Notes: generated by a model from the sequence alone, not told the origin. A stretch of DNA of 64,000 bases from Candidatus Omnitrophota bacterium (GCA_037146775.1 JBAWWL010000005.1:33848-97847); one strand, 5' to 3'. Shown: positions 8,168 to 17,821, counted from the stretch's first letter. Numbers and translations: made by a program.

Positions 8168-9370
8168 ATGGCGAGTTTTTCTTATCATATCAAAAACAGG
8201 GAAGGCAAGGATGTCAAGGGTATTGCCGAAGCCGAGTCAAAAGAAAAACTAATAGAGTATTTTCAGAAGGAAGGTTTTGTCATTTTCGATATTTTCGAAA
8301 CCAAGCGGAAAACAAAAGTTTCCCGCTACGGAAAAATTTCCAGCGAAGACTTAGTGATTTTTTCCCGCCAACTTACCACCTTGATTGAAAGTAACATTTC
8401 CATCGTCGAAGCTTTAGAGATTCTTAAGTCCCAGGTGGAGAAGCCGTTTTTTAGAGAAGTATTAGGCATGGTGTTGAAAGATGTACGCGAAGGCTCTTCG
8501 CTTTCCAGCGCTTTTGCCAAGCACGCGCGGGTATTTCCGGAAATCTATATCAGCATGGTTGAAGCAGGTGAGGCCAGCGGAAATTTAGCATCCATTTTAG
8601 AGCGCGTGTCAGGGTATCTTGAGAAAAGCAGCGCTCTACGCAAAAAAGTAATTTCATCTTTATATTACCCCGTGATTATCGTTCTGATGGCAACTGCGAT
8701 TACCGGCTTCCTGCTTTTGAAGGTCATCCCGACTTTTAAGAGTGTTTTTGATTCGTTGGGAGGAAAGCTTCCTCTACCTACACAAATTTTAATATTAGTC
8801 TCCAACTTTTTACAGGCATATTTCGTTTATCTTGTTATCGGATTTGTTGCGGCTATTATTTTATTTTTGCGTTATATCAACACCAACAGAGGAAAACGGC
8901 AATACCACAAGTTACTTATCCGGCTGCCGATCGTAGGTGATTTAGTTAAAAAAATTGCCATTGCCCGTTTTTCCCGCACTTTTGCCACCTTAATCAAAAG
9001 CGGCGTATCGATTATCAAATGTTTGGACATTGTAGCTAATACTTCCGGCAACAAAATTATCGAGGACGCGGTGAAAAAATCAAAAAAACTTATCCAGGAA
9101 GGCCAAACCATTTCTACTCCCCTGGAAGAAAGTGGTATTTTTCCCCCTATGGTAGTTAAGATGGTGGCCATAGGCGAAAAAAGCGGTAAATTGGAGGAGA
9201 TGCTTTCCAAGATAGCGCAATTCTACGAAGAACAGACTGATGCCATGGTAGCCGGACTTTCCAGCCTGATTGAGCCGGTTATTATCGCCTTTTTAGGTGT
9301 GATTGTGGGTGGTATAGTTGTTTCTTTATTCCTACCGATTTTCCAGATTACTCAATATCTGAATAAATAA
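8168..9370 (+). CDS. pilC: type IV pilus inner-membrane platform protein PilC/GspF family
   Basis: 400 aa. Duplicated GspF domain. Three TM segments. Typical PilC N-terminal cytoplasmic domain. Confidence 0.85.
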   Translation: MASFSYHIKNREGKDVKGIAEAESKEKLIEYFQKEGFVIFDIFETKRKTKVSRYGKISSEDLVIFSRQLTTLIESNISIVEALEILKSQVEKPFFREVLGMVLKDVREGSSLSSAFAKHARVFPEIYISMVEAGEASGNLASILERVSGYLEKSSALRKKVISSLYYPVIIVLMATAITGFLLLKVIPTFKSVFDSLGGKLPLPTQILILVSNFLQAYFVYLVIGFVAAIILFLRYINTNRGKRQYHKLLIRLPIVGDLVKKIAIARFSRTFATLIKSGVSIIKCLDIVANTSGNKIIEDAVKKSKKLIQEGQTISTPLEESGIFPPMVVKMVAIGEKSGKLEEMLSKIAQFYEEQTDAMVAGLSSLIEPVIIAFLGVIVGGIVVSLFLPIFQITQYLNK

Positions 9371-9551
9371 CAATTTCAAGCTTAAATTTACTGCTTCCCA
9401 GCCCAGTTTGTCTATACTTCCTCTCTCTATCCCCCCACTCAATACTCACTACTATATACTCACGACTATGTTCGAGAACGCAATTTAGCTTCTTGAGCGC
9501 CAAAAGTTATAACTATTCAATGTTTATAAGGCTTTCTGGCTCCTGTCTAAA

Positions 9552-9580
9552 TTGACAAGTGAGGGGGGATGTGGTATATT
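9552..9580 (+). promoter_or_regulatory. sigma70-type promoter (TTGACA, 17-nt spacer, TATATT) about 300 nt upstream of pilA1
   Basis: Exact -35 hexamer. 4/6 -10 match (TATATT vs TATAAT). 17-nt spacing. Confidence 0.45.
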
Positions 9581-9887
9581 CAAATTGAGCCATAATGTTC
9601 TTTGAAAACAAAGAGATTCTTAAGATTAAGCGATTTTATTTAGTATAGGTAGAGGAAATAGTAATAAATTACTTGTGTTTATATATAATTCGTATTTAAA
9701 TACTGTTATATTCTATCCCGCTATTTCTATCATCTATATCTACTTTTAATCTTAAGAAATTATTACGAAATAAGCACAATTTATCTTTTTCTTCATACAT
9801 ATATTTTATATTGAGCAAAGCTCTGATGGAAGGAGGTGGATAAAGGGCAAAAGGGCTTTGAGTGATTAACCAAAAAAGGAGGATACA

Positions 9888-10310
9888 ATGAAAAAAGGTT
9901 TTACTCTTGTAGAAATTATGATCGTAGTCGCAATCATTGCCTTATTGGCGGCCTTAGCCATACCTAACCTGTTAAGGTCAAGATTAAATGCTTCGGAAGG
10001 GTATGCTCAAGCAACCTTAAGAGCTATTTCGACGGCTGCTGAAAGTTATGCTGCTGCCCATGAGGGGAAATATCCAGCGGTCAGTCTCACTGCAGATTTA
10101 TTTGGCGCTGACCCAAAATATATCAACAAAGATTACGTAGCGGATTGTACTGCTGGAAGTCCTTGTCAGGGGTATAGTTTTGCTTATACCGCTGCTGTTA
10201 CGGGTTACACTTCAACCGCCACACCGCAAGGAGCCCTTGTTGCTAAGGCAAAATCATACAGTATTACTACTGGTGGTGTTTTGACCGGCGCAGTTGCTGC
10301 GGCAGAATAG
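9888..10310 (+). CDS. pilA: type IVa major pilin (prepilin, N-methylation site G|FTLVE)
   Basis: MKKG|FTLVEIMIVVAIIALLAALAIPN class-III signal peptide. C-terminal Cys pair (DCTAGSPCQGY). AAGGAGG SD. Confidence 0.85.
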   Translation: MKKGFTLVEIMIVVAIIALLAALAIPNLLRSRLNASEGYAQATLRAISTAAESYAAAHEGKYPAVSLTADLFGADPKYINKDYVADCTAGSPCQGYSFAYTAAVTGYTSTATPQGALVAKAKSYSITTGGVLTGAVAAAE

Positions 10311-10330
10311 GACTTAGTTGTTTCGATTAT

Positions 10331-10366
10331 AACCGCCTCTTTAAAAAAGAGGCGGTTTCTTATTTT
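10331..10366 (+). terminator. rho-independent terminator after pilA1
   Basis: aaccgcctcttt-aaaa-aaagaggcggtt stem-loop followed by tcttatttt. Confidence 0.8.
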
Positions 10367-10478
10367 CTGGCAGATATTTTATGTAAATATCTGCTTTACG
10401 TTGATGCTCCATACGTATATAATAAAATATAATCTTCCTTGCATCGAATAGCAGGATTTTCCAAGGTTACGGTGAAGA

Positions 10479-10922
10479 ATGATGAAAAAATATAGCAAGA
10501 ACCATTCGATATTTAAGACATTTACTCTGGTGGAAATAATGATTGTGGTGGCCATCATAACAGTATTGGCGACATTACTCAGTCTTAACCTTTTAAGGGC
10601 AAAATTACACAGCGCTGAAGCCAATGCTCAAGCGACGTTACGGGCTATCTCTACTGCCTTAGAGTCCTATGCGAGCGCGAAAGCAGGGGCTTTCCCTGTG
10701 GGTAACAATCTTAGCCTGTTATATAACGAAGACCCAAAATATATCAACAAAGATTATGTAACTGACTGCACTGTTGGAAGCCCTTGCCAGGGATATGCTT
10801 ATAGCTGCAACTTGAGCTTAGCAGGTTATACCTGCAGCGCAACTCCTCAGGGTAACTATCATAACGCCAAAACATTTACCGTTGAAACCGGCGGCGTTTT
10901 GAAGGAATTTGCTAACCAATAG
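10479..10922 (+). CDS. pilin paralog with atypical leader (Thr instead of Gly at -1)
   Basis: MMKKYSKNHSIFKT|FTLVEIMIVVAII. C-terminal block DPKYINKDYVTDCTVGSPCQGY is nearly identical to pilA1. Confidence 0.7.
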   Translation: MMKKYSKNHSIFKTFTLVEIMIVVAIITVLATLLSLNLLRAKLHSAEANAQATLRAISTALESYASAKAGAFPVGNNLSLLYNEDPKYINKDYVTDCTVGSPCQGYAYSCNLSLAGYTCSATPQGNYHNAKTFTVETGGVLKEFANQ

Positions 10923-11093
10923 CCTTATTTCCCGCCAAACGTCATCATGTTTTTACCACTTTGGTAAAATATTCTAGCTTGCAGGCCAGGGACGGACAAC
11001 GCGATTGTCTCTTTTTATAAACCTTGAAAATAAAGCCTTTTTCACAAGAGATACGTTGACAATGCAATACCTGAGTAATAGAATAATACCAAA

Positions 11094-12089
11094 ATGCAAT
11101 TTCCATACACCAAATTTCTAAATTTTGGCGAGTTTTTCAATAAAAAGAACGAAGATTTTGTCGCTATTAATGTAGGCAATTATCACGTCAAGGGGTTGAT
11201 AGTAAAATCAGGCAAACCAACCGACTATTTTTTGAAAGAAAGAAAAGACATATCAACAACCCTCAAAGAAATCTGGCAAGAAAAAAAGATTACTACCGAT
11301 AACGTAGCAATTTCCGTTAAAGACCCCACCACATTGACCAGATATTTTCCTTTTCCGAAAATCGATAAGAAAAAACTGCGCCAGAGCCTGTTTTACGAAC
11401 TCAATAAACACATTCCTTTTTCTCCGGAAGAGGTATATTTTGATTTTGCTCTTTTAGGAGACGCAAGTCCAACGCAATCATGGTTATTGCTCGCCGTAGC
11501 TAAAAAAGAATTTATCAATAACATACTGGATATCTTCACTCGCGAAAAACTAAACGTCACGTATATCAGTTTAGACAGTATTTGCCTGGTGAATTTTTTT
11601 CTTCATTACTACGATCAGCACAAAAAAACAAATACTTGTCTTTTAGATGTCGGAAGCAGCTTTTCGACGCTGACGATATTGCGTTCTGGCGTACCGTTTT
11701 TAACCAGGGATATAAGCTTTAGCGCTAAGGATGTTTTTGGGGTTATTTCTCATATCAAAAATATTCCGTTACCTGAAATAGAAAAGCAGCTACTTTTGCC
11801 TAACAACCAGGAGCTGCTTGAGCTCGCGCAGGATAGCCTGACAAATTTGTGCAAAGAGGTGAAAAACTCCTTTGATTATTTTGAAGTGAACAAAGGCGAG
11901 CATATAGAACAAATGTATCTTTCCGGTGGCTTAACCTATCTGGCGGGTGTCGAAGCTATTTTTAAGGACTATTTAGGCATTGAGACCGCGTTATTGAGTA
12001 ATACGCAAGCCGCGGCAGCGGGATTTTCTGACGAGGCCTTTCAAAAGCTAAAGAGAAGTTTTACGGTTGCTTTCGGCCTTTTGGTATAA
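11094..12089 (+). CDS. pilM: type IV pilus assembly protein PilM (actin-like ATPase fold)
   Basis: 331 aa. Position upstream of pilNOPQ. Acetate/sugar-kinase-like fold motifs. Confidence 0.75.
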   Translation: MQFPYTKFLNFGEFFNKKNEDFVAINVGNYHVKGLIVKSGKPTDYFLKERKDISTTLKEIWQEKKITTDNVAISVKDPTTLTRYFPFPKIDKKKLRQSLFYELNKHIPFSPEEVYFDFALLGDASPTQSWLLLAVAKKEFINNILDIFTREKLNVTYISLDSICLVNFFLHYYDQHKKTNTCLLDVGSSFSTLTILRSGVPFLTRDISFSAKDVFGVISHIKNIPLPEIEKQLLLPNNQELLELAQDSLTNLCKEVKNSFDYFEVNKGEHIEQMYLSGGLTYLAGVEAIFKDYLGIETALLSNTQAAAAGFSDEAFQKLKRSFTVAFGLLV

Positions 12090-12094
12090 TAGCC

Positions 12095-12649
12095 ATGGAA
12101 AAAATAAGTATTAACTTAAATCCGCAAAAGCAACAACCCGTAAGCTCTTTCTTGGGGCAGGGCCTGCGCTATGCTTTACTTGCGGCGTTAGGTTTAGGCA
12201 TAGTGGTAATTATTGGTGGTATTTTTTTAATTATCCAAGCGGGCATACTTGGGTATTATGAAGGAAAATGGAAACAATGGGCAGATAAGTTTCAAACCAT
12301 TGATGTCATCAAGAAAGAAGTAGCCAACTTAGAAAGTGAGCGTAACGAATTCCAGAAAATAATCACTCCGCAAATCCAGATAGCAGTAATTTTTCAGGAC
12401 ATTTTTGTGTCTCTGCCCAAAAATACCTGGCTTGAACAGCTTAGTTTTAAGAAAGATTCGGTTAGCCTTCGGGGGTACGTGATTAAGATAGGAGAAGATT
12501 ACCTGGCAACATTAGATACGTTTGTCGACGCTCTTAAGGAAAAAAAATATTTTTCTTCAAAATTTAGCAAAATAACCATAAAAAGTTCGCAGACAAAAAA
12601 TTATAATGGAATGGAGGCAATGGAGTTTGTTATAGAATGCGTAAACTAA
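12095..12649 (+). CDS. pilN: PilN-like bitopic membrane protein
   Basis: 184 aa. Single N-terminal TM helix. Synteny between pilM and pilO. Confidence 0.6.
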   Translation: MEKISINLNPQKQQPVSSFLGQGLRYALLAALGLGIVVIIGGIFLIIQAGILGYYEGKWKQWADKFQTIDVIKKEVANLESERNEFQKIITPQIQIAVIFQDIFVSLPKNTWLEQLSFKKDSVSLRGYVIKIGEDYLATLDTFVDALKEKKYFSSKFSKITIKSSQTKNYNGMEAMEFVIECVN

Positions 12650-13182
12650 AAATCGAAAGAAACGTTATAATCTTTACCGCAATTATTGCAATCGCTGTCT
12701 TAGAGCTTTTGGTGTTATTGCCCCTGGAGGTGTCTCGAATTGTTGCTGTGCAGAAGAAGATTTCTGGCATAAAACGTAATCTTGTTACTATCGAAACAGA
12801 CTGGCCCAATAAAGATACCTATATCCGCAACCAAGAGGCAATTAGAGAGGCAATTGTGGGTACGCATGGAAAATTTGTCAGCCCACAAGAGGCATCCAAC
12901 CTGTTTTCTTTTATTTCTTCGGGAGGAAAAAAATTTAACGTAGAAATAAAAGTACTTAACCCTGCTGATTTGCAGGAATACGCTTCTACCAAGGCCGGAA
13001 AAATAAAATATTTGCCTATTACTATTTCTTTGCAAAGTTCGTTTCACAATCTTGCTCGCTTTTTGGAATATCTGCAGACCAGTCAATATTTCTTTGAGGT
13101 CAAGGAACTTAAAATTGGTTCTGGTTTTCCCACAAATGCGGTAGAAATGGTGTTATGTGGTTTAGTAAAAACAAAAGAATAG
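12637..13182 (+). CDS. pilO: PilO-like bitopic membrane protein
   Basis: 181 aa. Single TM helix. Synteny. Confidence 0.55.
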   Translation: MRKLKIERNVIIFTAIIAIAVLELLVLLPLEVSRIVAVQKKISGIKRNLVTIETDWPNKDTYIRNQEAIREAIVGTHGKFVSPQEASNLFSFISSGGKKFNVEIKVLNPADLQEYASTKAGKIKYLPITISLQSSFHNLARFLEYLQTSQYFFEVKELKIGSGFPTNAVEMVLCGLVKTKE

Positions 13183-13508
13183 TTATCGTGGCCGGCTTGG
13201 CGTTGCTGTGTGCCTGTACTCTTTTTGCCAAAGAAGAGAAATACCCTTTTGACCAGAATACTCGCGATCCTTTTTTACCTTTGGTCAGCAAGACAGGCCA
13301 ACTGCTTATACAAAAAGAAGCGACGCAGGGCGGTATGGTGCTTAAAGGTATCATCTATTCGTCTCGAGGGAGCTTAGCAATTATAAGTAATGAAGTATTT
13401 AAAAAAGATGATAAAATAAATGATTATAGTATAATGAAAATAGGCCGAAAGAAAGTTATTTTAAAAAAAGGTAAAGAAATACTTGTTTTAAAGTTGGAGG
13501 GAAAATGA
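13155..13508 (+). CDS. pilP: PilP-like lipoprotein
   Basis: 117 aa. Signal peptide with Cys. Conserved RDPF motif. Position immediately before the secretin. Confidence 0.5.
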   Translation: MWFSKNKRIVIVAGLALLCACTLFAKEEKYPFDQNTRDPFLPLVSKTGQLLIQKEATQGGMVLKGIIYSSRGSLAIISNEVFKKDDKINDYSIMKIGRKKVILKKGKEILVLKLEGK

Positions 13509-15133
13509 TCAAATATCGAATGTCTGATAATATGGGTCAGAAGTCAGAGGTCAGAAGTCAGAGGTCAGAAGTCAGAGGACAGATGTCAGAGGACAGACGA
13601 CAGAGGTCGGATGTCAGATTTTTCTGTTTTCTTCTTTGTGCCTTCTGTTTTCTGACAACAGCCTTCTACCCTCTGTTTTCTTTTGCCCAGGAGGAGATTA
13701 TTCCGGTTATTAAATTTAAAGACGCGGATATCAAGGTGGTGCTGCAATCTATAGCCCAGAAGGCTGTTAAGGACGGGCGGAAGGTAAATATTGTTATCAG
13801 CCCAAAGGTGGAGGGCTTGGTGACAGTTGATTTGGAAAGTGTTAACTGGCAGACTGCGCTCAAGGGTGTGCTCAATGCCTACGGTTATAGTTATCGTTGG
13901 GCAGGGGAGAACATTATTTTGGTAGCGACAATTGATGAAATTAAAGAGCGCGAGGTGCAAGATAAAGAAAGACAGGAAATCGAAGTTCCCAAGATCAAGA
14001 TTTTTAAATTAAAATATATTGATGCAAATGATGCGAAAAAAACTATTACTCCTTTGCTTTCTCCGGTTGGTAAAGTGTCTGTTTTGGAGGCTACTGGCCA
14101 AGCAGGATGGGAGTTTGGAGACGATTTTGCTAAGCGTAAGAGGGCAGAGCAGGGACAAATTTCCCGCACTAAATCATTAATAGTTTCCGATGTTTCAAAA
14201 AGCCTGGAAGAGATAGAGAAATTGCTGGTTGAGGTAGACATTATGCCCAAACAGGTGTTGATAAAAGTCAAGATTATGGAAGTTGACAAGGATGTGCTAG
14301 ATGACATTGGTTTTGAATGGGGAACAGGAAAAGGTGGAGCCGGAGGAGTGTCGTTTGATCAGTTAGACGTTAATGGTAAAAATACAAAAAATTTAGGTGG
14401 TCGCATGTGGACTGGAGTGGATCCTTCTGTTTTGACAGATGGTGGTTTAAATACGGCCAAAGAAGGATTGAAGATCGATTTTAAGAGTATTACCGGCTCA
14501 CAGTTTGAAGTGATTATGCATGCCTTGGAAAAAGACAAACGAGCAATCACCCTTTCCGCACCTTCTATTTTAACTCTGAACAATCAAGAGGCTTCGATAT
14601 TGGTGGGTTCGAAATTTCCCATAGTCAAAACCCAGGTAAGCGAACAAAGCAACCAGATTATTGGTGGTTCCTTAGAAAAATATCAGGATATCGGTATACA
14701 GTTAAATGTAGTACCGCAAATATGCGGCGAAGAGGAAAATTATGTAAATATGATTCTACACCCGGTAGTTTCAACCAAGACCGGGACTGTGGATATTAAA
14801 ACTACTGCTGACCCGCCGACAATACTTGCGCAATATCCGATGCTTGAGGTCAGAGAGGCGCAAACGCAGGCAGTCGTCAAGGATGGCGAAACCATTGTTT
14901 TAGGTGGTTTATTGAAAGACGCCAAATCAAAAGAATATAGAGGTATCCCGGTTTTAGATAAGCTTCCTTTTTTCGGTTCTCTTTTTAGGCGCGAGGGTGA
15001 TAATAGATCAAAAATAGATTTATTGATCTTTATCACCGCGCACGTGATACGGCAAGGAGAAGTTCTGCCGCAGGAAGCAATAAACATAACTCCGGTTACT
15101 TCCAAGTTCAAAAGAAAACAAAATGTATACTGA
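13505..15133 (+). CDS. pilQ: type IV pilus secretin PilQ
   Basis: C-terminal secretin signature (VLGGLL...RGIPVLDKLPFFGSLFR). The N-terminus is interrupted by heptamer repeats, so the true start may be the ATG at 13583. Confidence 0.85.
   Translation: MIKYRMSDNMGQKSEVRSQRSEVRGQMSEDRRQRSDVRFFCFLLCAFCFLTTAFYPLFSFAQEEIIPVIKFKDADIKVVLQSIAQKAVKDGRKVNIVISPKVEGLVTVDLESVNWQTALKGVLNAYGYSYRWAGENIILVATIDEIKEREVQDKERQEIEVPKIKIFKLKYIDANDAKKTITPLLSPVGKVSVLEATGQAGWEFGDDFAKRKRAEQGQISRTKSLIVSDVSKSLEEIEKLLVEVDIMPKQVLIKVKIMEVDKDVLDDIGFEWGTGKGGAGGVSFDQLDVNGKNTKNLGGRMWTGVDPSVLTDGGLNTAKEGLKIDFKSITGSQFEVIMHALEKDKRAITLSAPSILTLNNQEASILVGSKFPIVKTQVSEQSNQIIGGSLEKYQDIGIQLNVVPQICGEEENYVNMILHPVVSTKTGTVDIKTTADPPTILAQYPMLEVREAQTQAVVKDGETIVLGGLLKDAKSKEYRGIPVLDKLPFFGSLFRREGDNRSKIDLLIFITAHVIRQGEVLPQEAINITPVTSKFKRKQNVY
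13536..13618. repeat. tandem heptanucleotide repeat array, locus D (about 12 units) inside the annotated 5' end of pilQ
   Basis: gtcagaa gtcagag x3 then gacagat gtcagag gacagac ... Translates to SEVRSQRSEVRGQMSEDRRQRSDVR. Confidence 0.8.
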
Positions 15134-15920
15134 TTATTACGGCCTAAAAACTTCACCTTTTGATATTACCAGTAATCCGCACATTTTTTTCGAGAGCGGC
15201 TCGCACAAGGAAGCGCTTGCATGTCTTGTGTACGGTATCAGCGAGAAAAAAGGTATTATACTGATCACCGGCGAAGTGGGAACCGGTAAAACCACTCTTT
15301 GTAAAGCGCTGCTGACTAAATTGCCGCCGCAGGTCAAAACGTCGCTGACGCTCAACCCTTATTTTAGCGAGGTCCAGTTGTTACAGGCAATTGTTGAGGA
15401 TTTCGGTCTGACTCTGAAGAAGAAAAGCCGTTTAGATATTATAAAAACACTGAATGCTTTTTTGGTTGATATCAGCGCACAAGGTGGTAACGCAGTGGTG
15501 ATTATTGACGAGGCGCAGAATTTAACCAGCAGGCAGCTTGAACAGATTCGCCTACTGTCTAACCTGGAAACCTCAAATGAAAAGTTATTGCAGATAGTGC
15601 TTTCCGGCCAGCCGGAACTGCAAGAAAAACTTAATCAATTCAACTTGCGCCAGATCCGCCAGCGCATCTGCATTAAATATAATATTGCACCTTTGGGAGA
15701 AGAAGAAGTGAAAGACTATGTGCAGTTTCGGCTTAAACTTGCCGGACAAAATGATATTAGTATTGTACCGGAAAGTTTCAAGGTTATTTATGAATTTTCC
15801 CGAGGCGTTCCCCGCTTAATTAACGTGCTGTGCGACAGGGCCCTATTGTGCGGCTTTGTGAAGGAGCGCAAAGTTTTTGACGAAGAAATTTTCCGTACCT
15901 GCATCGAAGAATTAAAATAA
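15123..15920 (+). CDS. ExeA/GspA/MshM-like AAA+ ATPase
   Basis: 265 aa. Walker A GEVGTGKTT. ExeA-family N-terminus (YGL...PF). Lacks a long periplasmic C-terminal extension. Confidence 0.7.
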   Translation: MYTDYYGLKTSPFDITSNPHIFFESGSHKEALACLVYGISEKKGIILITGEVGTGKTTLCKALLTKLPPQVKTSLTLNPYFSEVQLLQAIVEDFGLTLKKKSRLDIIKTLNAFLVDISAQGGNAVVIIDEAQNLTSRQLEQIRLLSNLETSNEKLLQIVLSGQPELQEKLNQFNLRQIRQRICIKYNIAPLGEEEVKDYVQFRLKLAGQNDISIVPESFKVIYEFSRGVPRLINVLCDRALLCGFVKERKVFDEEIFRTCIEELK

Positions 15921-16004
15921 CTACGGTTTATATAGCGATAATATATAAAAAATTATTTCCCACCATTTTGACATTTGAGATTTGATTTTTGAATTTTACA
16001 ATAT

Positions 16005-16490
16005 ATGAGTATAATTTACGAAGCGCTACAGAAAGTTGAAAAGAAATCCGAGCTCGCGAGTATGCCTGTTATGCCGGAAAAAGAAATATTTTCTTCCCGG
16101 CCAAACACTTTTAACCTGCCGCTGGCGCTGCTTGCTTTGGTTGTCCTTCTTTCTTTGGGTTCAACCGGAGCGAAATTGATGACTGCAAAATCAGCTCGTA
16201 CCAGTAAAGTGGCTGTTATGCGCCCTCAGCCTCACAAACAAGTTGTAACGCCTTCGACTGATGTTTCTGTCGCACCCCAGGCTGATTTTGCTTCTGATAC
16301 TGTCGTTACGAATGTACCCTATAGCTTGCAAGGCATTATTTACGATAGCCAGCATCCTTTGGCGATTATCAACGGAAAACAGTTGGGCATAGGCCAAAGC
16401 ATTGAAGATGCTACGGTTATAGATATAACCCAAAAGGGAGTAGAACTGGCGGTGAAAGGAAATAAGATTTATATTTCTCTCGAAGAATAA
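16005..16490 (+). CDS. GspB/ExeB-like protein (partner of the ExeA-like ATPase)
   Basis: N-terminus MSIIYEALQKVEK resembles GspB MS.ILDALKK.E. One TM helix. C-terminal beta-rich domain. Confidence 0.45.
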   Translation: MSIIYEALQKVEKKSELASMPVMPEKEIFSSRPNTFNLPLALLALVVLLSLGSTGAKLMTAKSARTSKVAVMRPQPHKQVVTPSTDVSVAPQADFASDTVVTNVPYSLQGIIYDSQHPLAIINGKQLGIGQSIEDATVIDITQKGVELAVKGNKIYISLEE

Positions 16491-16496
16491 GAAAAC

Positions 16497-16694
16497 ATGA
16501 ACCAAGAATATAAAAGCTTTTTAATGGCCCTGGGAGCATTGCTGGCCACAGCCGTAATAACAATGAATCTGTTCTCCGCATCGCTTGATACGGGGCTTAT
16601 GTCTATGAGTTCCAACTATCTCTTTTCCGTAGGTAACGGACTTTTACTGATTAATATTGTTTTAATTCGCATTGCCTTAAAGGCTGAAAAGTAG
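16497..16694 (+). CDS. small hydrophobic hypothetical protein
   Basis: 65-aa ORF with two predicted TM segments. No recognisable motif. Confidence 0.15.
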   Translation: MNQEYKSFLMALGALLATAVITMNLFSASLDTGLMSMSSNYLFSVGNGLLLINIVLIRIALKAEK

Positions 16695-16764
16695 TTTTAC
16701 CCGTAAAACCCTTCCGCAACTATTTGGGTGTATAGCCTGCCATAGTACATACTTAAAAATACTT

Positions 16765-17820
16765 ATGGTAACTCCGGTAACCAGTAAACAAGACATAAAA
16801 TCTTTTCTGTTGGAAGAACTCGTAACGTATTTTGAGCAAAACGGCCTCGCGCGCTACATTGCCGGGCAGGTATTTAACTGGATATACGACAAGCGTTGCG
16901 AGGAGATTGAGGCAATGAGTAATCTTTCTAAAAGTACGCGGCAATTCTTGAAACATAATTTCTATTTCTCTACGCTTAAACTCATTGCCCGGCAGTCTTC
17001 TTGTGACGGCAGCGAGAAGCTTCTTTTTGGGCTCCCAGACAACTCGAGGATCGAAGCTGTTTTAATTCCTGAAAGAAACCGTTATACGCTTTGTGTTTCC
17101 AGCCAGGTAGGCTGCAAATATAATTGTACGTTTTGTCTAAGCGGCGCAAGCGGTTTTCGCCGTAACTTGAGCGTATCGGAAATAGTGAATCAGTATTTAG
17201 TAAGCGCAGCTATTGTTAAACCACAGGCCATCACTAATATTGTTTTTATGGGTATCGGTGAGCCGCTGGATAATTTTACCAATCTTGTCTCAGCCATAAA
17301 AATACTCATGTCTCCTGAAGGCTTGGGCTTGGGGAAAAGAAGAATTTGCGTTTCTACCTGCGGGCTCGTCCCGCAGATAAAAAAGCTGGCAGCGCTAAAG
17401 CTGGGCATAAAACTTTCTATATCGCTACATGCCCCTAGCGATGGCCTGCGCGATAAGATCATGCCGGTAAACAAGAAATACCCTCTAACCGAGCTTATAC
17501 AGGCAGTTAAAGAGTATAGCCGGATTGAGCAATACCCGGTTACTTTCGAATACGCTTTGCTTAGCCGAGTTAATACTTCCGGGGCCTGTGCGCTTGCTTT
17601 AGCGGCGCTTTTGCGAGGCCTGCGGTGTAAACTTAATCTTATTCCCTACAATAAGTCTTCTTTGGAATTTCATGCGCCAGATGCCCAGGAAATCGCCGAT
17701 TTTACGGCCACGTTAAAGAAAAAAGATATATTCTTTACTTTGCGAAAACCTCGGGGTACGGACATCAATGCCGCCTGCGGACAATTGCGCGCGATTTTTC
17801 CGGCCGAAAAGGAAGGCTAA
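16765..17820 (+). CDS. rlmN: 23S rRNA (adenine2503-C2)/tRNA methyltransferase RlmN (radical SAM)
   Basis: 351 aa. CKYNCTFC (CxxxCxxC). RlmN/Cfr conserved blocks GIGEPL and C-terminal Cys. Confidence 0.85.
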   Translation: MVTPVTSKQDIKSFLLEELVTYFEQNGLARYIAGQVFNWIYDKRCEEIEAMSNLSKSTRQFLKHNFYFSTLKLIARQSSCDGSEKLLFGLPDNSRIEAVLIPERNRYTLCVSSQVGCKYNCTFCLSGASGFRRNLSVSEIVNQYLVSAAIVKPQAITNIVFMGIGEPLDNFTNLVSAIKILMSPEGLGLGKRRICVSTCGLVPQIKKLAALKLGIKLSISLHAPSDGLRDKIMPVNKKYPLTELIQAVKEYSRIEQYPVTFEYALLSRVNTSGACALALAALLRGLRCKLNLIPYNKSSLEFHAPDAQEIADFTATLKKKDIFFTLRKPRGTDINAACGQLRAIFPAEKEG

Positions 17821-17821
17821 C

